Shown piece by piece: positions 13,991 to 29,563 of a stretch of 64,000 bases of DNA. The number at the start of each line of letters is the position of its first letter. The stretch's first letter is position 1. The stretch covers positions 336,536,001 through 336,600,000 of the forward strand of contig OZ024743.1 in the NCBI GenBank assembly GCA_964016885.1, read 5' to 3'. The notes below the pieces were generated by a model that did no database searches, was not told the DNA's origin, and saw only the letters and a program-made list of their open reading frames with translations. This DNA is from Eledone cirrhosa. Taxonomy: Eukaryota. The position numbers and the translations under genes were made by a program.

Positions 13991-15989
13991 GTAGGTTGAG
14001 GAAAAAGAGGAAGAGAGGAAGGGAGTACTCACTCTTGGTGCTCCTGGAGATGAGGGTTGTACATTTTTTCGAGGTGTGTACAACCCCTGTGTAACGCCTC
14101 CCCCCTATTGGGGATTTCAATTGTTATTTGTTATTTTATTAATAGTTTTATTTTCATATACCTGTATGTAAACTCCCCATTTGTATTTGTCCCCTTCTTT
14201 TGTGCCCTTGTGGCTAATAAAGAAATTTATCTATACATCCATCCATCCATCTATCCAACCAAAACCTTCTAACTTAACAACATAGATACGAACCGTGAAG
14301 CAATCAAATAATCTGACAGACCAGCAAGAAAGACTGCTAGCATGAAAGTAAAAAGTTGGAATTATTATCAGCAGCCTTGTTTATCAATGGCCGCTTCCTT
14401 CAACTTGGGATTTAGCGTGCATTCGTGTTTACTGTACATTGCATTCAGAAATCAGACTGTTTCAAATTCCCATTCATTAATTGCAACGTGAAGCCGGTCG
14501 TCTACTATTAGCAGTTCTAGCGCCTTTTTGCTCTGATCATAATAGGAAGGGATCAAGTTTGTTGCTCATTAGACTTTTCTTTCATCAATTTTGAATGAAG
14601 AAAAAAATACAATAAAACTAGGACGCAGATCATAGGGTGTTTCAGATGATATGGCATTTCAGATAGAGTTAAAACTGTAGGTTCATTTTTTTTTTGTCTG
14701 TTGTTTCTACTCTAGTTCCGCTACAACAATTGTAAATCTCTCTTTTCTCAAAAATAATCGACAAAGTTACATTTGAATTCATTCTTATTTTCTTTCGTTT
14801 TGTTTTTCCTATATAGTAGCAGAATACACGAAGTTACCTAGGTTCAAATGTAACTGTAGTCTAGAATTATTATTATTAATGGAGGCATATTCTGATTAAT
14901 AAGACGCCATTGGTTTTATCATAAAAAGGTATTTTTCGTGCAAGAAATAAATGTGTTTTCTACAACGTTTATCGTAGTTCGCTGTCTTATGCACAATGTT
15001 ACATATAGAGTTCATTAAGAATTTTATATTTGGTAATTCAATCGTGAAAATGTCCTGCAGCTGATTTCATGCATATTAAATAAGAAGACAGGATTAAGTA
15101 AATAAGAAAACTGTTTTGTTTCATTTGAAACTATTACTGAACATAACATTTCATATTTTATTCTTGAAATTCTTTGATCACATTAAAGATTACTATAAGC
15201 CAGAGTGTCGGCAAGTAAACCACATAGGAATAGAATAATTCTTAATACTCGTAGATATCGGAGGGCCTAGAGAAATTAGAATAAGCCGAAGAAAAATCCA
15301 TGGTGGCTTGGTTGTATAGTATACACTTTCCCAAACATAATATTAAGATGGTCTCTTTCTTCCTTCTTCTCCATTGATTGTTGTTTCAAGTATTGTAGAA
15401 CAGAACATGATAATGCATCAACGTTTTTGCAAAGGGATCATGCTAGAACAATTTGAAAAGTTTTGTCAGCGTTGTGATGGCTTTGCAGTTGTTGCTTGAC
15501 AGAAGTAAACCGCGGCGGCTAATTTTCAAATGGAAAGCTTTTTTTGTTATGAAATGGAGAGTGAGTCATATGTTATAATTTGTTTTATTCGAATCGACAA
15601 GATCCCAGGCTTCATCTGGTTACCGAGTGGGGTAGAACTCGTGAGATCGGGGCAAGGAAACATTGCTTGCATTGGTCTTTCTAATTGCTGATACTATCTA
15701 CCGGTCATAACTCATAGAAAAGTCTAAACGGCTCCAGAACACTTCATTGCTGCTGATGTGTTTTGTTCCTGCTGAAAATGAGTATTTTTGTCGCAGCTAT
15801 TTTGCAGTGCTGGAGCACACTCCGTTGCAGTAAATGTCTTGTTGACATATTGGTAGACTATATGATAGTCTTCATTGAATTGTTGAGCACAACATTTATG
15901 TGTGTATTGAATACCTTTGTCAAACAAAAAGATATGAATCTCCATCTATTTCGACGAGGAGTGTCTTAGTTATGTTATCAACGGAGCAT

Positions 15990-16270
15990 CCTGCTCATAG
16001 AATTAGCATGCAAGTAGATGAGAACTCCACTGACACGCGTACCCTAAATGTAATTCTCAAAGAGATTCAGCGTGACAAAGTGTGATTCAGACTGGCTCTT
16101 TAAATTACAGGTACCGTAATTCATCCGGTGAGCTTCCAAACATTTTCTGTCTACCCAATTTCACTCACAAGGCATGGATCGACCAGAGGCTATGGTAAAT
16201 GCACTTGCTACGGAATAGGATTGAACTCGAGACCTAATGATTTCGTATCGAACCCAACAGTACGGCCAAG
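15990..16270 (-). mobile_element. OR-like SINE, degraded
   Basis: Aligns with 1960-2200 (agattcagc...gtgacaa, tcacaaggcat, gctatggtaaatgcacttg, attgaac). Confidence 0.55.
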
Positions 16271-17289
16271 TAGGGAACTATCTATCCATCTGTTATTGAT
16301 ATCCTGCTATCAAACCAAGATTTGGAAGCCTTCAATGGGTGATGTTTTTTTGTAGAGCTAACGGTGTCCACTGGTTTGGATCGCCTTGATAAAACAAATG
16401 GTGTTAGAACCTGTGTATAGCAGTCTTTTGTATTCAATGCAAGAGGAATTCTTATTGAGGGAACTACATGAATAACAAACCATCTAGAGGTCTAACAAAG
16501 AGTGCCTTATCTATTTTAGTACACGGCTCCTCTACTTCTTAGCTGGATTAAATTGATTGGAATGAATCTTACTTTTGAATAAGTTCAAGGTGTGTGCATG
16601 ACTATTGACACAACAAAGCTATAATTGAGTGTGTGTGTCTGTGTGTGTGTGTGTGCGCGCGCGCGCGTGTGTGTGAATGTGTATGTGTGCGTGTGTGTGC
16701 GTGTGTGTGTGTGCGTGTGAGTTTGTGTGTGTTTATGCGTATTCCGAAGCCGTCAATTCCGCTCCTTTGGGAGCTCGTTAAGCATTAAATGAAGGTTATA
16801 AATTATTGCTGTATATAAGGGTGTGGTGACCGACAATGAAGAAACAAAACATATTTAAATTAACAAGCGGTGTTTAATCACGAAAATGGGAAGAGTCACT
16901 CATTTAGAAAAGACAAAAAAGGAAAAAAAAGAAAAACAGAAAGAAAAATATTTTTAAAAACCTAATATGTAATTTTTCAATGTAATCGCCTGATATATGT
17001 GTTTTGGGGGAAAGCAAACTGTGGTTCGATTTTCACTGACTTAAGTAAAATTTCTTCAGCAAGACAATTACGAAATATTTCTTCTATTTTCTTCTAATTT
17101 CTAAAGGATTTTCAAAGAATATTGCAAAAAATAAAATATACACACAAATACACACACATTCGGACAGACAACACACGCATATACATGTACAATCATACAA
17201 ACACACACACACATACTCACAGACACATACACTCACATACATTCGATAGTGTTATTGTGTATATATATATGTGTGAGGGTGTTTGTATA

Positions 17290-17440
17290 TCACCTTGACC
17301 GACCAGTCTATCGGTGTCAATCGGCGCAGCTGGTCACAGCACGTCGTGCTGTTTTAGCCATAAGATAACGCCATCCCACTGGCTGGGCGGGCAGGCCGGT
17401 ACTCATTTCTACAGCTGAGTAAACCGGAGCAACGTGAAAT
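17290..17440. mobile_element. SINE fragment
   Basis: ggtactcatttctacagctgagtaaaccggagcaacgtgaaat, a common mollusc SINE segment. A related piece is at 27425-27490. Confidence 0.45.
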
Positions 17441-18420
<980 letters not shown>

Positions 18421-18435
18421 GTATATATATGTATA

Positions 18436-18842
<407 letters not shown>

Positions 18843-18872
18843 ATATATATATATGTATATATATATATATTA

Positions 18873-18988
<116 letters not shown>

Positions 18989-18989
18989 C

Positions 18990-19048
<59 letters not shown>

Positions 19049-19075
19049 CATATATGAACATATATATATACATAT

Positions 19076-19980
19076 ATGAACCCCCGGATAAACTGTAAAA
19101 CTAGAAACGTAGTCTATAGCATAAGATGTACAGAGGGTACTTGCAGAAACATGACAACAACATACATAGGTGAGACAGCTCGTAGCATAGGTGAAAGGAT
19201 AGACCAACACTGGGGGGAACTAAAAGGACGAAAAAAACGGGTCAGTACTATACGAACATGCTAGACAACAACATGACGGTAACATAGACAACATAGAAAT
19301 TAGAATAATATCTAAACATAGGAATGACCCAGCAGATAGGCAAATCAGAGAGGCCAGTGAAATAGAAATTAGAAGACCAAAGCTAAACAGAAAGAATGAG
19401 TGGAACAACAACAACACCCAAACAAACAACACTGACCTAAGAGAAGTATAAATAAGTAAATAAAATAAAATAAAATAAGATAAATAAATACATACACAAG
19501 CACAATAACAACAAGCACATAAACACACACTAGTCACCCAGCAGACACAACACTATACACACTAGTCACACAGCACACATAACACTATACACACACGCAA
19601 ACGCATGCGCAAAGAAGACAAAATAAAATAAGATAAACAAACAAGCAAATAAATAAATAAATATATAGACAGACTGAATAAAAAATGGCGTAGACATACG
19701 ACACAACAGGAGGAACAAAGAATATAACACCACTGACGATGTTGCAGATGTGCAACGAAAGATTTATGTAAATTATGTAAACCATATATATGTGTTTGTG
19801 TCTATATTGTATCTGTATTATTTTTGACCGTCGGTCAGTCAATGGCAACATTGAGGACCGAGTAAGTTAGATCGCAGATATAAAAGACAGCGAGAAGCGA
19901 AAACCAACCAAACAGTGAGTGTGTTCTGTTATTAATTCTGGCAATATTACGCAAATATGACCCTCCCCAAGTATAACAAT
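19076..19980 (+). mobile_element. PLE 3' fragment: GIY-YIG endonuclease and 3' UTR
   Basis: NVVYSIRC...[12 protein letters not shown]...RQIREASEI..PKLNRKNEW. Degenerate HHR CTGACGA-tgttgcagatgtgcaac-GAAA at 19733-19760. Confidence 0.85.
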
Positions 19981-20062
19981 ATATATATATATATATATAT
20001 TTATTATAAAAATTATAAAAAATAAACCAAAGAAGCCTTCAATACATCAAAAGTCTTTATTA

Positions 20063-20100
20063 GCCAACAATGTTTCGTCCTATTAAGGACTCATCAGGAC
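20063..20100 (-). ncRNA. Minimal type I hammerhead ribozyme
   Basis: gtc-CTGATGA-gtcc ttaata ggac-GAAA-cattg-TT-ggc. Confidence 0.8.
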
Positions 20101-21599
20101 AAGTGAAACTACAAGAAGCACTATCGGCCAATACAAGCCAAAAACTCAGAAGAATATGGAGTATACATCTATTAAAGCTTAGCAAAGATATCAAGGAAAC
20201 GTTGGCTAAGATTAAGAGTGAGCAGTTACAAACATAGATATGGACCAAATAGCAAGGAAGTGATTAACATGTTAAATCCACATTGCAAATATTGTATAAT
20301 GCAAAAACTTGAAACACAAATGGTAACATAATGCGAGAATTACAGTACGATATAGAATAGAATATAATAGATGGTGATAATAAAAAGCTTAATATATGTA
20401 TATATATATATATATATATACATATACACATTAGTACAAATACAAACTAACACTTATTAAGTATTTAAATATATATATATATTGTTTACAGTATAATATA
20501 ATAAAAATAAAAATAAGAATAAAGATAAAGATAAAAATAAAATATAATATATAATTCCCTGTCAGTGTGCATAAACAATATAGAAACATTATAATAACAT
20601 TATAATAACAATATTATAATATATTGGCATCAAAAGATATACAAAATTACATCATACATATAATTCAAGGTTAACAAATAGTATAAAGTTTTACACAGGG
20701 TAAGAAAAAATCATATAGAACTAAATTGTGTTGAAAAAATATCTATACCATTGTAACAAATACACGGAGGTCAAGTCATTTTACATTGGCATAAATATTA
20801 CCAAAATATCACAAAATATTACAAAATATATTTACGTGGTTGACATACAGACATATATTAATGAAATTACATGGTCAGACAAACAGCGTGTGGTAGTAAA
20901 AAAATAAATTAAATAAACCGAAGATCGAAAAACAAAAACAGGTATATATACTTAGGTGTCACAAGCGGTTAAGTAAAAGAAAAAAGATAGAAATGTAGAC
21001 CAGAGAGTTGACTAGAAAACCTTTTTAAATTAATTAATATTAAAAGTATTTAAAATACATATTTAGTCACTTCAAAATTGGCTAGTGTTTAAGTCATCAA
21101 AACCGTATAAGTTTAAGATATCTCAATAAAATTATCAAGAATAAAGTAAAATATGCTTCGTTCTGTCGAATAACGTTATCAAATAAAAGGACTCTAAATA
21201 GAACTATGGTAGACCAATGGGAACAGAAAGAAGATAGGTTGTGGAGGATAGGAAGGAGCATAAAACTAAAATCAATATATTATATAATATCATAAAAAGG
21301 AGCATAAAGGTGAAATTTATATATAGTATAATAGAAGGGGCGGATATTAAGTGTGTAGAGGAGGAGGTTCATTAGTTGAATGAGACTCCAAACAAAGTAT
21401 TTAATAAGATATAAATCATAAGGTGTTAGTAGTGAAACTATAATAATGCTTAAGAAGATAGATAGGGTATGGTAGCCAAAAGACTATGGAAACTAAAATC
21501 GAAAAACTGTAAAAAACTAATAATAATAATGATGATAGTAATCAAAATGAACCTAAACAAAAAAGATAAGGAAATATAGCAGCTAATGGATACGATTTA

Positions 21600-24295
21600 A
21601 ACTACCAGAACTTTTAGGTCTATAATAGAAGAAAGAATTAGAAATGGCATGGGGGCAGGAAGAAAATATCTCAGACTTTCTATTAAGCAAAACTTCCCTA
21701 GAGAAAATTATAGAGTGGGTCTCTAGGATACAGAGATTACAGAATTTAGTGTGTGTTGATAGATTTTTAGAGCGTGCTACTATACGCTAATTAAGGCTAT
21801 ATGGCATACCAGCCCCTTTAAGATCCCAGATATGGTGTGCTAAAGAAGTAGAGTTCTTAAACTTAACATGCTTAAAATTAGAGATATGAGAATTAAACCT
21901 AGTTTTAAAAGTATTAGATGTGGAGCCTATATATGTGCTATTACAAGAATTAGTCTTAACTTCACAAGCATAAACAATGTTCCTAGAGAGGCAGTGACCA
22001 TTTAAAGGGGAGTTAATACTTACTCTACAGTTACACCTCTGGGTGCTATTGACCGGCTGAATGAGTGATGCATCACTCCTAGGGTTATTATAAGATAAGG
22101 TCTGCTCAGGTGGTAAGGCATTAATGGATCCATCAGGACTAGTAGTACGCAAAGAGGAGTAGCTGTCCCTAATTTTTCTATTGTTAGTGCTAGCTAAATG
22201 AGAACTAATATTAGGGGTGGTAGAGAATGATAGTTTAATTACATTTTTATTAAAAATACCATGGTATTTATTAGAAGGAGGGAAATTTTTCTCTAAGATA
22301 GAAAAGAAAGACCTAGGGATGTTAGTTAATACTTCATGATCATAAGGCGGGTTAAAATAAGTATTGAGTCTCCTCCTATTTCTGTCCTTACCAACTCTAC
22401 CGTTATCCAGTGTCCCACTAATAGGATCAGGGTTACTACGAGGACTAGTTGAAACAACATTATTAGAAGCAGCCAAAACCCTATTGAGTCTCCTTCTGTT
22501 TCTACCTTTAGTATATCTACTGTTATCTAGAATCATATCAATAGGATTAGGGTTACTACCAGGATCAGTTGAAACAACACTATTAGAATTAGTAAAAACA
22601 TTACCACTGGGTGAGCGATCAGAGTGCCTAAATTGTTCCCTAGAACTAATCCCGAAATTTGTACCATTAGACTCACTATTACGATTACGGTAGCTTAACC
22701 TATGGATGGGTTCGGATACACCTATGGGATTTCTACGATTCTTATGCTTTCTACTCCCATTCATGGCCATATTATGGGATATTATGTTATTATTATTATG
22801 GGTAAACGGAGACTTTCTAAGGTTGTTCTCATTATAACGTATTTTACCAGAGTAACCAGAGTTAGCTAGGGCATTATTATAGTATTCCGCATGTGAATTA
22901 AATATTCCTATATCCTTAGAGAGTGTGGAAATTCTATTAGATACACCGTTAATTATAGAGCTAATCATAGATTTGGGGTGGTTAGAATTGGGATTAACAT
23001 AAGAGAGTATCTCATTTGGCTTATGGAAGGGTTTATAACTATTAGTGACCAAGTCCAAAGTCACATCTAAAAAGTTGACCGCTCTATCATTTCTATCAAT
23101 CGTGATCGAAAGGTTAACATTTTTAAAAAATGTATAAAGTTTCTTCCTATTATGCTCAATGTTATTGGTGCTAGAGTTTATCACAAACAATGCATCGTCA
23201 CGATAAAGTCCGCCTTTAAGGTGCGGAAAGGTAACATACAGTTCATTTAGAAAGAACAGCCCAACAAGATCAGTTATCTGGGCCGAATCACTCGAACCCA
23301 TTGTAACGTCGAAGTTGTTGGGTGTGTTTTACGCGTCCAGAGTGTATCCTCAAATTTTATGATAGTCCTACGGGCTGCTAGTATAACATCAATCTGCGGT
23401 CGTGTAAGGCTAGATACTCGCATGGCTATAATTAAGGTTTTATTAAGGAGGATAGGTGAAATCGACGTGTAATAGGCATCAATATCAAACTGGATAAACC
23501 TACTAGACTCAAGTTTATAAATACCAGAGAACCAATCTATAACATCCTTAGTGTTCCCCCATAGATTAAAATGAACCATTTCCCTAACGGCTGGTATAAT
23601 CAGGTCAAGGATTTTCTTACTAATTATAGCTATATCAGACTTAGAAGGACTAATGAGTCTAATGAAGTCTACCTTATGATCCTTAAGAGTGAATCTGGTT
23701 CCCTAGGGTAATATGGCTGGGTGTACTTATCAAGGCCCAGGTCCGAAACTATCTTGAGACCCTCATTATTGATATGATCCAAATTATCTTGCGTTGTCTT
23801 TTTGTAATTTTTATGCAGCTCCTTATAAATAAAATTACGGTAAGCATTGTAATCCATAGAGTAAAGATTCTTAGTATTGTCAGTCGGGACAAGAATAGAC
23901 TTATTCCCTTCAAAATCCTTAACGATATTCTTAAGTTTAGACTGGAACCTGTCGAACATATTATAGTTCCCATATCTATTATACGGCCTATACTTTATAT
24001 TTTTGACAAGGGAAAGTAAATCGTTCTCAAAATTATCTAATAGAACATTATGCTGTGGGCTCTTATAAGTCTTGAAGCCAAAGTTATTGAAACGAGTCCT
24101 ATCCCGGAGGTCATTCCCATTCCTATTAATATCAAAGTGAAAAGCACGCCATCTAATCCTTTTTACGAAGGAGTTAACACTAGCAATTAAGAGTTTTTCA
24201 TAAGTATTTCTAGAGGGGATGGGAATATTCTTCAGAGATAAAGGCAGGTAGCTCTTTGTTAGCATACTGTCAGATATATATAAAGGCCAAAACAC
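21600..24295 (-). pseudogene. PLE polyprotein: RT plus C-terminal GIY-YIG endonuclease (frameshifts, one stop)
   Basis: SLKNIPIP, FIQFDIDAYYTSI, MGSSDSAQITDLVG, GLYRDD, NFLDVTL, FNPPY, IVYACEV...YIGSTSNTFKTRF and CNLCILE motifs. Confidence 0.9.
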
Positions 24296-24487
24296 CAGTA
24301 TATAGGAAGAAGCTCAACCAATCGGGAGCCGTAACAAGAATTAAAACACTAGAGTGTGTTGGAGTTAAACACCCTCTTCATATTATAGAAATGACAGTAT
24401 AAGATATAGCTCAATGTAATTAAACAGAGCCGAAGAATTATAAAAAATAAACCAAAGAAGCCTTCAATACATCAAAAGTCTTTATTA

Positions 24488-24525
24488 GCCAACAATGTTT
24501 CGTCCTATTAAGGACTCATCAGGGC
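24488..24525 (-). ncRNA. Minimal type I hammerhead ribozyme
   Basis: gcc-CTGATGA-gtccttaataggac-GAAA-cattg-TT-ggc. Confidence 0.85.
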
Positions 24526-25143
24526 AAGTAAAGCTACAAGAAGCACTATCGGCCAATACAAGCCAAACACTCAGAAGAATATGGAGTATACATCTATTAA
24601 AGCTTAGCAAAGATATCAAGGAAAGGTTGGCTAAGATTAAGAGTGAGCAGTTACAAACATAGATATGGACCAAATAGCAAGGAAGTGATTAACATGTTGA
24701 ACCCACATTGCAAATATTGTATAATGCAAAAACTTGAAACACAAATGCGAGAATTACAGTACGATATAGAATATAATATAATATAATAGATGGTGATAAT
24801 AAAAAGCTTAATATATGTATATATATATATATCTATACATATACACATTAGTACAAATACAAACTAACACTTATTAAGTATTTAAATATATATATATATA
24901 TTGTTTACAGTATAATATAATAAAGATAAAAATAAGAATAAAGATAAAAATAAAAATAAAATATAATATATAATTCCCTGTCAGTGTGCATAAACAATAT
25001 AGAAACATTATAATAACATTATAATAACAATATTATAATATATTGGCATCAAAAGATATACAAAATTACATCATACATATAATTCAAGGTTAACAAATAG
25101 TATAAAGTTTTACACAGGGTAAGAAAAAATCATATAGAACTAA

Positions 25144-25178
<35 letters not shown>

Positions 25179-25191
25179 AAAGTTTTTATTA

Positions 25192-25229
25192 GCCGACAAT
25201 GTTTCGTCCTATTAAGGACTCATCAGGGC
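25192..25229 (-). ncRNA. Minimal type I hammerhead ribozyme (GUC site)
   Basis: Inverted copy of 27176-27213. Confidence 0.85.
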
Positions 25230-27175
25230 AATCAAAACAACAAGAGGTAATTTCGGCAGATACAAGCCAGAAACATTGAAGAATATGGAGTGTACATACA
25301 CTAATGTTTGCCAACACTAATGTTATCATTGGTTTTTGATGACTCTTCATTCTAGCTCTCATAATCATTTGGCCACTATACCATATCTATGTCTTCAGTA
25401 TTACACCTTGTTAGTATACATAAGATTACACACTTTATGCCACTTACGTCATTCTCTTATTATCTTTATATATTCTTTTATTATCATTAACTTTAATTTT
25501 AATTTTAACATTATTTTTATTTTTATTTTTATTTTTAATTCTATTTTTATTTCTAAGTCTATTCTGATTTATCTATCGACACCCCCCCCCCATGCACACA
25601 TAAACTTATTGTCAACCCCTCCAGATTGAATATGATTATATTTAAACCCCCCCCCCCCTCTTTTATGCTCTGTTCTATTATTTATTATAGTATATCGAAT
25701 ATATTTTATGCCACTTCGCACCCTCCATATATTTTGTCAATTCTGTCCCCATTAGCCTACCTTAACTCTACTTAAGTCAGTTTTTTTTTTAGATATCGTT
25801 GCGTATATGATAGTGTAATTTTATTCCTTTTTGTAAACATGTGTAACGATACATTAAAGTTTATATACTTTAATGACTTAAACTATAGTTAATTTTATAC
25901 TACCTTATCGGATGGGTTTGATATTTTTAATATTAATTTATCAGATAGGGTTTGGAGTCATTTAAGATGATCGCTTTCCTTGGTGTTTACCAAATTTCTT
26001 AATGCACGCGAGGCCTAAATGTATATACATTTGCTTTTGTTTTGTAATTTCCGGTTGATTGTATTTATTTGTCTTATTCTATATTCTATTTACTATTCAC
26101 TGTCTGGCTTCGCTCACTCATCCACACATGTCTGTCTACTAACCTTGTAATTATAAGTATTTATATATTTTATGCCAATTTTTAAAATATATTACATTAT
26201 GATATAGATCCTTATTACTTACCGTTTATTATATATAACATTATGATATTTAAACTTTATATATCATGTAAGACGTCTGGATTTTTTAATATTTTAATAT
26301 TGTAATATGTAACATTATGATATTTAGACTTTACATATCATGTTAGATGTCTGTATATTTTTTTCTGTAACATCATATTTTTTCTGTAACATCATAATTG
26401 TTCCCTGTACCATTATAGTTTTTTTTTAGTATTATTGTATTATATTATATGATTTATATTTCCTCATTTATTATGTAACCCAGTATGAATCATTTTGTAC
26501 ATATTGTTTATGGTAATTGTTAATATAATGTTAACATTTTATCATCGTATTTCATTGTGACATCTATATTGTTTCTGTAAATTAACCGGGGATTATCTAT
26601 TCTACTTTATTATATTGTATTGAATTATATAATTTTGTTGTTTATTATTTGTTATAAGTGTTTCTTGTAATTATATCATATTATTGCCTCATGTATATTG
26701 GGTAGATGTATTAGTATTATTTTCACTATTACCATGCTTATTTTTAATATTCAAACTTCTAATAGGGCTTAATTTCTGTGTAATAGAAAATAGATATGTG
26801 TATTGTAATATGTGTGTGTGTGTGTGTGTGTGCGCGCGCACATATATACATGTATATATTGTACCTTTTGATTTTTAATTTAGAATTTTAATGTTGGTAT
26901 AAATATATTATTATTATAATGTATTATATTGTGTTATATATAATTCCTGCTCTATATAACCAAATTTGTTTAGATTTAAGTTGGTGGCTTTGGACTATAT
27001 TTGTAATATGGTTCTTAATGTTATCTACATCCTTAGTTATTATAATTTTATTATTTTTATCTTTATTTTCATTTTTATTATCGTATATCTTTGCAAGACA
27101 TTAGTGTATGTACACTCCATATTCTTCAGAGTTTCTGGCTTGTATCTGCCGAAATTACCTCTTGTTGTTTTGATT

Positions 27176-27213
27176 GCCCTGATGAGTCCTTAATAGGACG
27201 AAACATTGTCGGC
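27176..27213 (+). ncRNA. Minimal type I hammerhead ribozyme (GUC site)
   Basis: gcc-CTGATGA-gtccttaataggac-GAAA-catt-GTC-ggc. Confidence 0.9.
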
Positions 27214-27360
27214 TAATAAAAACTTTTGATGTATTAAAGGATTCTTTGTTTTACTCTCTTAATTTTTTGGCTCTGTTTAACTGCATTGAGCTATACCTTT
27301 TACTGTCATTTCTATAATACGAAGAGGGTGTTTGACTCAAACACGCTCCAGTATTCTAAT

Positions 27361-27425
<65 letters not shown>

Positions 27426-27486
27426 TCAGTTTTCGGAGCGGGTGATGTTTTGTTTTCTTGAGCAAACACTTTATTTCACGTTGCTA

Positions 27487-27537
<51 letters not shown>

Positions 27538-27541
<4 letters not shown>

Positions 27542-28205
27542 CAAATATAAATTATCGAGAATCGCATTTCGGCCCACGAAATAACGAAAAACAACCTCAA
27601 TGATGTGTGGCAAGTGCTCAATGATTCAGATGAACCAGAGCTATAACAAACGTTAAAGGCCGAACACACTGAGACGATGGTTAAACAATCATCCGCATAG
27701 CCAAAAAAAACGATCAAGTAATTCGGGTCAAACAAATAAAAAATATCTGTGATTGATAATTTACCCGGACCCCTGGAAGGTTGGTAAAATCCAGCATTTG
27801 GGTTTCTGCGGCTCCTAAATCAAGTACTGTCCGCTTACTTAAATAATGTTAGGCTTCTGGTAAGATGATTGAACAAGGAAGCCGCTTTCTCAACAGGTTT
27901 TAGTTCAATATTAATACAAGGACTAACTATTGCTGACCCCAGGTGGGGATCGGCAAGGGAGGCAACCCCTATATCAGGCGAATGAATTCAGTTGAGTATA
28001 TTATTGCAAGAATGCAGTTCTCAACAGAGTTCTCAACAGAGTTCTCAACAGAAGGTTTAAAGTTAACATAAGCTATTCATCAGTCAATAGAATCAACTAA
28101 AAAATCAAGAAAATTAACTGGTCAATAGCTAGAGTCTGGAGATTAATACAAATATAAATTATCGAGAATCGCATTTCGGCCCACGAAATAACGAAAAATA
28201 ACCTC

Positions 28206-28207
<2 letters not shown>
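27538..28207. mobile_element. Non-coding element bounded by ~60-bp direct repeats, in (TA)n
   Basis: atacaaatataaattatcgagaatcgcatttcggcccacgaaataacgaaaa at about 27539 and 28146, plus an internal 11-mer (agttctcaaca-g) x3. Confidence 0.55.
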
Positions 28208-28267
<60 letters not shown>

Positions 28268-28272
28268 ATATA

Positions 28273-28304
<32 letters not shown>

Positions 28305-28306
<2 letters not shown>

Positions 28307-28760
28307 CGATATTAAATAAATGGAAACTATATTTATAAAACCATATTTATTTCATTATATATATTTCAGGGATATCATATTAAAAATATGTTATGCCTTC
28401 TTCAGACAAAATACAATATAAACAGTCTTATAAATAGATAGATTCGACATACCTTTCAACTTCGACTTCTATTTGAAAAGTTGATTTGGTAAATCAACTT
28501 TTCAAATAGAAGTCGAAGTTGAAAGGTATGTCGAATCTATCTATTTATAAGACTGTTTATATTGTATTTTGTCTGAAGAAGGCATAACATATTTTTAATA
28601 TGATATCCCTGAAATATATATAATGAAATAAATATGGTTTTATAAATATAGTTTCCATTTATTTAATATCGTAAATATACTCCAAATACTTGTTGAGTGC
28701 TTTTATATCAGTTATAAATATTTACTCGTTGTTAACCCAACAATTTAAATAAAACTTTGC
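28305..28760 (+). repeat. pLTR fragment forming a 183-bp-arm palindrome, HHR in each arm
   Basis: Arms 28305-28487 and 28491-28673. ttttgt-CTGAAGA-agg...cct-GAAA-tatata-TA-atgaaa at 28567-28628, mirrored at 28350-28411. Confidence 0.8.
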
Positions 28761-28784
28761 ATATATATATATATATATATATAT

Positions 28785-29470
<686 letters not shown>

Positions 29471-29563
29471 GTGTATATATATGTATATATATACATATAT
29501 ATACATATATATGTATATATATGTATATATAGATATATGTATATATATATATGTATATCTATA

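Larger units (their letters stand above)
9700..14228 (+). mobile_element. Tx1/L1-clade LINE, defective
   Basis: ORF1 with a zinc knuckle, ORF2 RT and C-terminal ETVVHAFVHC, then AATAAA and a (TCTA/TCCA)n tail. The 5' boundary is approximate. Confidence 0.8.
20011..25146 (-). mobile_element. Near-full-length Penelope-like retroelement with direct pseudo-LTRs
   Basis: Direct repeats 20011-20727 and 24436-25146, each with an HHR. They enclose an RT plus GIY-YIG ORF and are flanked by (TA)n. Confidence 0.92.
25177..27364 (+). mobile_element. 5'-truncated related PLE (long AT-rich 3' UTR plus pLTR) with inverted pLTR at its 5' end
   Basis: 25177-25305 is the reverse complement of about 27100-27230. 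The end is homologous to 24330-24600. Confidence 0.8.

Noticed and set aside
14300-15980. Possible host exon or promoter
   Set aside because: No recognisable protein motif or convincing splice structure.
27425-27490. Displaced other half of the SINE at 17290-17440
   Set aside because: Opposite orientation and mismatches in the overlap, so probably an independent copy.
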